Assembly (NCBI GenBank): GCA_049860595.1
Contig: CP187551.1
Origin: Methanocaldococcus sp. 16A
Lineage (GTDB): Archaea; AGJL01; Methanococci; Methanococcales; Methanocaldococcaceae
Reading direction: 5' to 3' (one strand)
DNA: 64,000 nucleotides
The notes under the pieces are model-generated. The model searched no databases. It was not told the DNA's origin and was given only the letters and a program-made list of their open reading frames with translations. Positions 57,128 through 64,000 of this stretch are shown here, piece by piece. Every line of letters starts with the position of its first letter. The first letter of the stretch is position 1. Both the position numbers and the translations under genes were made by a program.

Positions 57128-57219
57128 TAGGACTTTCGCAGGAATAAATTTTTTTATTGAATATAGACACCTATAGGTGTCAAAGTTCCTCATTAAATAT
57201 ATAAACTGCGAAAGTCCTA
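57128..57219. mobile_element. MITE-like repeat family A (near-intact)
   Basis: Perfect TIR TAGGACTTTCGCAG / CTGCGAAAGTCCTA; internal GACACCTATAGGTGTC. Confidence 0.92.
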
Positions 57220-57263
57220 TGTTATATCAGATATTAGAAAGATTTAAATAATCTTAAAAGGAA

Positions 57264-59294
57264 TTAAGCGGTGGTATATTCCCTATTTGCCTTAAATGGA
57301 CTAAACTTTTTACCTCCACCTTCATAGAACTGACTGAAGAACTCCACATAGTGCAATCTTAGAGAGTGTATAAACGCTCCTAATCCATTCATTACGAAAT
57401 TGAATGCATGCCCTACCAATAGTATGAGCAGAGCAATTATTATTCCAACTACTGGAATGGATTCTCCAACAATCTTAGCCATAATGTTTACTGCCATTGC
57501 TAAACCTCCAGTAGCCAAACAGAGAGCTAACAATCTTGCGTAAGACAACACGTTTCCTAAGAATCCTGTTATATCCATAGCTCCTAAACCAGCTCCCATG
57601 ATTCCATTTTCTTTGAATCCCTTAAATGCACAAAGTATTATAACAACAGCTACAGCTCCCCATATTATTACTGATATTCCATATATTGGACTTATTGGGA
57701 ATATGATTCCAACTATCAATGCCAATATTAAGAATATCCAAATACCTTGATTGAATATTGCCTCCTCCTTATTACCTTTTTTCATATTTTCCATAAATCC
57801 AACTATCAACCCAATTAGTAAATGTAAGATACCAACAACTATAGAAAATCCTAATATTGCTATTGGACCGTTTGGAATGTATTTACTTTCCCCTAATGGA
57901 TTAACCAAAGCTAATCCATAGTCATAGAGATTTATATTTAAGAATTGTAGCAAGAAATCTCCCAAGTAACCTCCTGTTATAATACCCATTATAATTGTTG
58001 AGATTCCAGCTAATGTTAATATATAACCAAGCTTATTAGCTCCTTCACTAACTTTACCCATTTTTTTCCACGTCCATAAACCAACTATAGTTAGCAATAA
58101 ACCATAAACAGCATCTGTTAGCATAATTCCATAGAACAACAAGAAACCAGGAACTAACAACAATGTTGGGTCTACCTCATTGTATTTTGGTAGTGCATAC
58201 ATCTCTGTAAGCATCTCAAATGGTTTAATTGCCTTTGGATTATCTAACAATACTGGAATCTTCTCCTCAGGTTCATCTGGTTCACTTATTTCAACAAATG
58301 CAAAGCCATCTGCTGCATTCTCAATTAAATTCTTTGCTTTTTCAGCATCTCTTGCAGGAACCCATGCCTCTATGTAGTAAGTTCTATTTGTTTTACCAAA
58401 TTGTGAGTATGCATCTCCTCTTGCCTTCTCTATACTCAGGAGTTCATAGACAGCCAATAACTCTTTCTCCCATTTTTCTGCTAAAGCTCTTAATTTCTCT
58501 ACTAAGCTATTTCTTTCTGATTCTATTGATTTTAATTCACTCTCTATCTTTGATAAAGCTTCACTTGGTGTCCCTTCCACATCACTTATATCATATCTCT
58601 CAAATTCGAACTTTCTAATCTCTGATAAGACACTCTCAAGCTTCTCTTTCAATGTAACAAATACAATTGGGACTCTAATCTTTTTATCCTTTTCAAATTC
58701 ATTTCCAGTGAATACTTCAATGTATCCATCTGCTACTTTATCAAGCTCTGCTTTTAATTCAGCAACTTTTTCTTTAGGGACACTTCCAGCTCCAATAAAC
58801 ACATACTCCCCAGAACCAAGGTATTTTAAGTCAAACTCTAAACCTTTTAAGTAAGATATTTGCTCTTTTAATTGCAATAACTTAGATTTTTTGTTATCTA
58901 ACTCTGATAATTTTTCAGCTGATTCATCAACATCTTTGCTAATATCACTTAATACCTTTTCAGCATATTCAATAACTTCTTTGTAAGAGTTGAAAGAAAC
59001 TTTCTTCTTTTCAATAGGTTTTGGATTCAAAATATCTTTTATACTTGTCTCTTTCTGGCTAACACTTGAAAACATATCTAATACTCTACTAGCCTTTATC
59101 ATCAATGATGTAACATTTCTAACATAATCAGCTGATGATGATTGTGACAACAATGTCTTCCATTCCAAATCTTCCAATTTTTCAGATAAATCACAAAGTT
59201 CAACAATTCCTGCTTCATGTAGACTTCTTACAACATTATCAATTTTTTCATCCAATATCACCGCTTTTAACTTCTTCATTCTTACAGGTCTCAC
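57264..59294 (-). CDS. atpI: A1A0 ATP synthase subunit I (a)
   Basis: YNEVDPT, LSYARLLAL, HSLRLHYVEFF. Confidence 0.97.
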   Translation of the reverse strand: MRPVRMKKLKAVILDEKIDNVVRSLHEAGIVELCDLSEKLEDLEWKTLLSQSSSADYVRNVTSLMIKASRVLDMFSSVSQKETSIKDILNPKPIEKKKVSFNSYKEVIEYAEKVLSDISKDVDESAEKLSELDNKKSKLLQLKEQISYLKGLEFDLKYLGSGEYVFIGAGSVPKEKVAELKAELDKVADGYIEVFTGNEFEKDKKIRVPIVFVTLKEKLESVLSEIRKFEFERYDISDVEGTPSEALSKIESELKSIESERNSLVEKLRALAEKWEKELLAVYELLSIEKARGDAYSQFGKTNRTYYIEAWVPARDAEKAKNLIENAADGFAFVEISEPDEPEEKIPVLLDNPKAIKPFEMLTEMYALPKYNEVDPTLLLVPGFLLFYGIMLTDAVYGLLLTIVGLWTWKKMGKVSEGANKLGYILTLAGISTIIMGIITGGYLGDFLLQFLNINLYDYGLALVNPLGESKYIPNGPIAILGFSIVVGILHLLIGLIVGFMENMKKGNKEEAIFNQGIWIFLILALIVGIIFPISPIYGISVIIWGAVAVVIILCAFKGFKENGIMGAGLGAMDITGFLGNVLSYARLLALCLATGGLAMAVNIMAKIVGESIPVVGIIIALLILLVGHAFNFVMNGLGAFIHSLRLHYVEFFSQFYEGGGKKFSPFKANREYTTA

Positions 59295-59312
59295 TAAAAT
59301 CACCTTGTTAAT

Positions 59313-59627
59313 TTAGATTTCAAGAATCTCTGATAACTTCAACGAGAGTATCTTAACCTTAGCAATTGATATAATCTCTTTAATCTCGTTTTCTGTCTCT
59401 TCAATAATCTTCTCAGCTTCTTTTTTAGCCTCTTCCTCAGCTTTTTTAATCATTTCTTCAACAAGTTTTTTTGCTTCTTCTTCAGTTTCAGCAATGAGTT
59501 TTTTTGCTTCTTCAATTGCTTCTGCCTTTATTTGCTCAGCTCTATTTTTTGCTTCTTCTATTTCCTTAACTGCCTGCTCTTCAGCTAACTTTACCTCTTT
59601 TATTGCATCCATAACACTAACACTCAT
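59313..59627 (-). CDS. atpH: A1A0 ATP synthase subunit H/G
   Basis: Charged coiled coil, first gene of the atp operon. Confidence 0.9.
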   Translation of the reverse strand: MSVSVMDAIKEVKLAEEQAVKEIEEAKNRAEQIKAEAIEEAKKLIAETEEEAKKLVEEMIKKAEEEAKKEAEKIIEETENEIKEIISIAKVKILSLKLSEILEI

Positions 59628-59715
59628 ACTTCCACCTGCAGTTATTGGTAATATTTTAAAAATAGAGCAGGTATATAAAATTTTTTATCCTCAGGTCTAT
59701 CACTATTTTTAGATA

Positions 59716-60225
59716 TCAGAGATATTTAGTGTGAGTGTGTATGATAGCGGGAATACAGCCAATGGCTGTGCAAGTTTCTAAAGACACTCTCTTTTCGGTT
59801 ATATCTAAATGGTATGTACATGATTCCATTATATCCTTCGGCAATCCATGTCTGCCTAAACCAACATATATCCCAACGGGTTTCTTCTTTAATAAATAGG
59901 CAGTGTCTAATGGAGTTATAACCTTTTTCTCATCTGGCTTAGATGTTGAAGCAATTGGAATTCCAAATTGAGGAAGAAATTTATCAACAATAAAAAATCT
60001 ATTTTTTTCAATTAATTTTTCTAAATATTCTCCAGAATTACCAATGGTTGTTTTTATATTTAAAATATCTTCCATCTCACACGGAAAGTCCATTATAGCC
60101 AAGTTGCAATCAAACGCATAACATATTGGAGCAGCTCTTGCAATAGCCCTCTTATGAGCTTCATGCCACCTCGTTTTATCATAAGAGTTGTATAAAATCA
60201 GAGTCATTCTCTTTAACTTTTTCAT
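59716..60225 (-). CDS. DUF531 family (SPOUT-like) protein
   Basis: LYNSYD, HKRAIARAAP, GLGRHGLPK, SLETCTA. Confidence 0.85.
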   Translation of the reverse strand: MKKLKRMTLILYNSYDKTRWHEAHKRAIARAAPICYAFDCNLAIMDFPCEMEDILNIKTTIGNSGEYLEKLIEKNRFFIVDKFLPQFGIPIASTSKPDEKKVITPLDTAYLLKKKPVGIYVGLGRHGLPKDIMESCTYHLDITEKRVSLETCTAIGCIPAIIHTHTKYL

Positions 60226-60315
60226 ACTTTACCTCAGAGGAAATACATTTCCTATTTAAATAGTTTTTTGTAATTATGGAAAAAGTTATTAATATATGTT
60301 TATTTTTTGCATAGA

Positions 60316-60333
60316 ACCGAAAAGTATATATAT
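60316..60333 (+). promoter_or_regulatory. BRE-TATA promoter of tRNA-Leu
   Basis: ACCGAAAAGTATATATA. Confidence 0.75.
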
Positions 60334-60364
60334 GAGTTCATCTATTCTATAATTCGCTTGCGGT

Positions 60365-60452
60365 GCAGGGGTCGCCAAGCCTGGCCAAAGGCGCCGGACT
60401 TAAGATCCGGTCCCGAAGGGGTTCGGGGGTTCAAATCCCCTCCCCTGCACCA
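60365..60452 (+). tRNA. tRNA-Leu(UAA), CCA encoded
   Basis: GCAGGGG...CCGGA-CTTAAGA-TCCGG, long variable arm, GGTTCAAATCC, CCCCTGCACCA. Confidence 0.96.
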
Positions 60453-60543
60453 TTTTTTATTTTAGAAGATAATATTGACTAATTTAGATTAATAGATATA
60501 TTTAGCAAATAATTAAATAGCTCTTTTTTTAGAGTATTTATAT

Positions 60544-60616
60544 CCCCCCAGTGGGTTAGCTCTCTTGACCTGGCAGAGCTAAGGATGAGAGAGGGTGTTA
60601 AACTGGGGGGACATTA
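60544..60616 (+). ncRNA. Single-hairpin box H/ACA guide sRNA, predicted target 23S U1915 (E. coli numbering)
   Basis: 9-bp basal stem CCCCCCAGT/ACTGGGGGG followed by ACA; K-turn UGA / GAU-GA; pocket GGGUUA / GUUA complementary to H69 UAAC-U-A-UAACCC. Confidence 0.85.
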
Positions 60617-60640
60617 CCTTTATAAAATTTTGGTGAGAGC

Positions 60641-61198
60641 ATGAAAATCTATTTTGCTACTGGAAATCCAAATAAAATTAAAGAAGCAAATATTATTTTA
60701 AAAGATTTAAAGAATATAGAGATTAAACAGATAAAGATTGAATATCCTGAAATTCAGGGAACATTAGAAGAAGTTGCAGAATTTGGGGCAAAATATGTTT
60801 ATGAAAAAATAAAAAAGCCAGTTATTGTTGAAGATAGCGGGTTTTTTGTTGAAGCTTTAAATGGTTTTCCTGGAACATATTCAAAGTTTGTTCAGGAAAC
60901 TATAGGTAATGAAGGAATTTTAAAATTGTTGGAAGATAAAGATAATAGAAACGCTTATTTTAAAACTGTTATTGGTTACTGTGATGAAAATGGAGTTAAA
61001 CTATTTAAAGGTATTATAAGAGGAAAAGTTTCAGAAGAAATAAGAAGTAAAGGATATGGATTTGCTTATGATAGTATTTTTATTCCTGAAGGGGAAGAAA
61101 GAACTTTTGCAGAGATGACTACCGAAGAAAAGAGTAAAATATCCCATAGAAAAAGAGCTTTTGAAGAATTTAAAAAATTTTTATTGGATAGGATTTAA
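60641..61198 (+). CDS. rdgB: dITP/XTP pyrophosphatase (Ham1/RdgB)
   Basis: [30 protein letters not shown]. Confidence 0.96.
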   Translation: MKIYFATGNPNKIKEANIILKDLKNIEIKQIKIEYPEIQGTLEEVAEFGAKYVYEKIKKPVIVEDSGFFVEALNGFPGTYSKFVQETIGNEGILKLLEDKDNRNAYFKTVIGYCDENGVKLFKGIIRGKVSEEIRSKGYGFAYDSIFIPEGEERTFAEMTTEEKSKISHRKRAFEEFKKFLLDRI

Positions 61199-61756
61199 AT
61201 AATTTTTAATGATTTCTTCAATTTCTCCGTTATCTATTAAGTAAGTATCAAAAAACAATTTTGATTTTGGAACTAAAACAATATATTTAATACTATTCTT
61301 AGAGTTTAATGCTTTTACTTTATATCCTTTAAAAAATTTCCAAGGTAAAACAAGATAGTAATTTAAAAATGGCTTTAAAAAATTAAATATTTCAAAATAT
61401 ACGATAATTCCTTCATTATAAATCTCAACATTCCCAGATGTTGGATTGAGTTCGTCATAAATAATAGCAATAGAGAGAAATATAATAGAAAAAGCTATTA
61501 TTTTGTTATCTGGATGATTTATATTTATTAAAAGATAAAATGAGAAAGATAAAAGAATAAAAACCATTATTAATGTAAAAATCCATCTACCTTTATACAT
61601 TCCTAACTTAGTTGAAGTTATATAACTCCATTTATTTTTTGCTTTTTTGTATTTTATATATAGATATAAATCTAAAATTCCTCCAGGACTAAAAATAACA
61701 ATTACAATGAGAAAACAAGGAAAGAACAATAAAAATAATAGTAATACAGCATCCAT
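61181..61756 (-). CDS. Hypothetical membrane protein (TMs plus PH-like C-terminus)
   Basis: Three hydrophobic segments; [23 protein letters not shown]. Confidence 0.7.
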   Translation of the reverse strand: MDAVLLLFLLFFPCFLIVIVIFSPGGILDLYLYIKYKKAKNKWSYITSTKLGMYKGRWIFTLIMVFILLSFSFYLLININHPDNKIIAFSIIFLSIAIIYDELNPTSGNVEIYNEGIIVYFEIFNFLKPFLNYYLVLPWKFFKGYKVKALNSKNSIKYIVLVPKSKLFFDTYLIDNGEIEEIIKNYLNPIQ

Positions 61757-61767
61757 AATTTCCCTCT

Positions 61768-62286
61768 TTAATGTTTAAAATATCTTTTAAGTATTTCTTC
61801 GAGTTTTCTACCCTTATCTTTTAAATAAACATCTGATGAAATATATTTTTTTCCAATTAGTTTTATTTTATCTTCAATTTTCTCATAACCTTCAAATGCT
61901 CTCCATGTAGATAATTTTTCAAAATAAAATCCATCGTTGGATATATAAACTGGAAACTTATAAAATCCAACAAAACACATTAGAGCAATCATAATTATAG
62001 CCATAAATATAACCAATACATAAAGTTTTAAAAAAACATATAAAAAAACTGCCCATAAGATTATAACAAATAAGAAAGATATTATTAGATTTCTAAATGC
62101 TTTTGGCATAAGATTTTTAAGATTATCTCTATATTGAATTATTGCATTGTTTTTTACTTTATCCCTTTCTAACTTAAAGTATTTTATAATCACATATAAA
62201 GGAATTAATCCAAGAATAAATATTAAAAATCTAACATAAAGATAAAGCATTAGCCCAATTCCGTTCATATTCTCACATATTGACAT
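61768..62286 (-). CDS. Hypothetical membrane protein, paralog of 61181-61756
   Basis: Three hydrophobic segments; ISNDGF, WRAFEGY, KLEEILKRYF. Confidence 0.7.
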   Translation of the reverse strand: MSICENMNGIGLMLYLYVRFLIFILGLIPLYVIIKYFKLERDKVKNNAIIQYRDNLKNLMPKAFRNLIISFLFVIILWAVFLYVFLKLYVLVIFMAIIMIALMCFVGFYKFPVYISNDGFYFEKLSTWRAFEGYEKIEDKIKLIGKKYISSDVYLKDKGRKLEEILKRYFKH

Positions 62287-62351
62287 TGTATAATATCTAT
62301 ATTTAACACATTTATAAATATAAAAATTTTTACATAAAATTTGGTGAAAAC

Positions 62352-63233
62352 ATGAATCCTTTTGACATAATGAAAGCTTCTCAAATAGCTTGCTGTTTAG
62401 AAGTTAGCTCTTTCAAACCGGGAAATGTTCATAGAAATAGGGACTATAAAGATATCAAATATCATCACTTTATAAACTCTGGAATTGCATTTGGAAACGT
62501 TGTTTATGAAGCGGCTCAAAAAGATAGAAATGTTGGCTTATACATAAAAAAGGCAGTAATTGAGAGCAAAAAATGGTCTCCAACTAATGCAAATTTAGGA
62601 ATTATAATGCTACACATCCCTATAGCAATGGCTGCTGGAAAATTAAAGAATTTTAATGAAAATAAATTAAAAGATAATTTAAAGAAGATTGCTGAAAATA
62701 CAACCGTTGAAGATGCAATAAACGTCTATGATGCTATAAATATAGCAATGGCTTATGTCAATAAACCAAAGAAAGGGCCCGATGTCACTTCAGAAGATGC
62801 AAAAAAAGAGCTTATTGAAAAGGGCTTAACTCTTTTAGATGTTTATAAAATATCTGCAGAATGGGATAATATAAGTAAAGAATGGGTTGATAACTTTAAA
62901 ATCTCATTTGAGGGCTATAATTTATTAAAAAAGTATTATAAAGAATTTAACAATATCAACTTAGCTGTAACAAAAACATTTTTAAACCTATTGGCTAAAT
63001 ATCCTGATACATTAATTGCAAGAAAGAAAGGTTTTGAAACTGCTTTAAAAGTTTCTAAAATGGCTGAAGAAGTTTTAAATGATTTTAGAGAAGAAAAGGT
63101 CAAAGAATTTGACAAATATTTATCAAAAGAAGGAAACAAACTAAATCCTGGAACTACAGCTGATTTAATTGCTTCATCATTGATGATATTTATATTAGAT
63201 AGAATAGACAGTGGGAAAACAATACTTTGGTGA
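62352..63233 (+). CDS. CitG family triphosphoribosyl-dephospho-CoA synthase-like protein
   Basis: [35 protein letters not shown]. Confidence 0.9.
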   Translation: MNPFDIMKASQIACCLEVSSFKPGNVHRNRDYKDIKYHHFINSGIAFGNVVYEAAQKDRNVGLYIKKAVIESKKWSPTNANLGIIMLHIPIAMAAGKLKNFNENKLKDNLKKIAENTTVEDAINVYDAINIAMAYVNKPKKGPDVTSEDAKKELIEKGLTLLDVYKISAEWDNISKEWVDNFKISFEGYNLLKKYYKEFNNINLAVTKTFLNLLAKYPDTLIARKKGFETALKVSKMAEEVLNDFREEKVKEFDKYLSKEGNKLNPGTTADLIASSLMIFILDRIDSGKTILW

Positions 63234-63237
63234 GAGA

Positions 63238-64000
63238 ATGGAAAAAGATATCTATGAAAAGATTATGGATTTAGCAAAAAGAAGAGGATATTTATGGAGC
63301 TCATTTGAAATCTATGGAGGAATTGCAGGGTTTGTTGATTACGGTCCATTAGGTTGTTTATTAAAAAACAACATTATATCAAAATTTAGAGAGCAATATA
63401 TTATTAAAGAAGGGTTTTATGAGATTGAGAGCCCAACAGTAACACCTTATGAAGTTTTAAAGGCATCTGGGCACGTTGATAACTTTACAGATCCAATTGT
63501 TGAGTGTAAAAACTGTTTAGAGTCTTTTAGAGCTGACCATTTAATTGAAGAGTTTGTAGATGTAGATACTGAAGGGAAGACTTTGAAAGAATTAGAAGAG
63601 CTCATTAGAAAACATGATATAAGATGTCCAAAATGTGGAGGAGAGCTTGGAGAGGTTAAGAAATTCAACTTGATGTTTGTCACATCTATAGGACCAGGAG
63701 GAAAGAGAACTGGTTATATGAGACCTGAAACTGCACAGGGAATATTTATTCAATTTAGAAGATTGGCACAATTTTTCAGAAACAAGTTGCCTTTTGGTGT
63801 TGTTCAAATTGGTAAAAGCTACAGAAATGAAATTTCCCCAAGACAGGGAGTTATTAGGTTGAGAGAATTCACTCAAGCAGAGATTGAATACTTTGTCCAT
63901 CCAGAAAGAAAAGAGCATGAAAAATTTGATTTAATTAAAGATGAAGTAGTTCCATTACTGCCAGCTGAAAGGCAGATGGATGAAAACTTAAGCGATGAAG
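63238..64000 (+). CDS. glyS: Glycine--tRNA ligase (partial, runs off the window)
   Basis: [63 protein letters not shown]. Confidence 0.96.
   Translation, partial: MEKDIYEKIMDLAKRRGYLWSSFEIYGGIAGFVDYGPLGCLLKNNIISKFREQYIIKEGFYEIESPTVTPYEVLKASGHVDNFTDPIVECKNCLESFRADHLIEEFVDVDTEGKTLKELEELIRKHDIRCPKCGGELGEVKKFNLMFVTSIGPGGKRTGYMRPETAQGIFIQFRRLAQFFRNKLPFGVVQIGKSYRNEISPRQGVIRLREFTQAEIEYFVHPERKEHEKFDLIKDEVVPLLPAERQMDENLSDE

Noticed and set aside
8097-57219. Repeats as a CRISPR array
   Set aside because: Dispersed single inverted-repeat units, no regular repeat-spacer periodicity, no cas genes.
60556-60582. Alternative hairpin TTAGCTCT/AGAGCTAA as a riboswitch or terminator for rdgB
   Set aside because: The H/ACA fold explains the basal stem, K-turn, ACA spacing and rRNA complementarity together; the alternative pairing is noted but not supported.
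60365-62286. Integrated element at tRNA-Leu
   Set aside because: No integrase and no duplicated tRNA 3' end found downstream.

Overview
AT-rich archaeal chromosome segment from a Methanocaldococcus species. Gene order matches my recollection of M. jannaschii MJ0157-MJ0228, but the sequence is not identical. It begins with a minus-strand rRNA operon (16S, tRNA-Ala, 23S truncated by the window edge). Mostly housekeeping genes follow: nrpR, gatB, ilvN, histone, minD, mscS, DNA ligase, pelota, rpl3-rps19, argJ, the tRNA-Ser/rps13-rpoD-rpoN-tRNA-Pro-rpoK superoperon, purM/purF, asd, dmrX, sucC, galE, alba, the A1A0 ATP synthase operon, tRNA-Leu, ITPase and partial glyS. Apparent accessory genes are a KAP P-loop NTPase, a LamG-PEGA surface protein and two paralogous membrane proteins. 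The most unusual signal is non-coding. (i) Three families of short palindromic MITE-like repeats fill the intergenic spaces. (ii) One family (hairpin ATAGGGCGAAGCCCTATG type) sits next to direct duplications of 9, 34 and 38 bp, two of which copy the 3' ends of genes (nrpR, rpoK). (iii) Family A carries a TATA box and is biased toward the sense orientation of the next gene. (iv) An unannotated single-hairpin H/ACA guide RNA has a pocket that pairs exactly around U1915 (E. coli numbering) of 23S helix 69, which is in this window. (v) A structured leader hairpin lies upstream of rpl3. A PATAN-like plus membrane-anchored roadblock gene pair is a candidate cell-polarity module. All calls were made by eye, without database searches.
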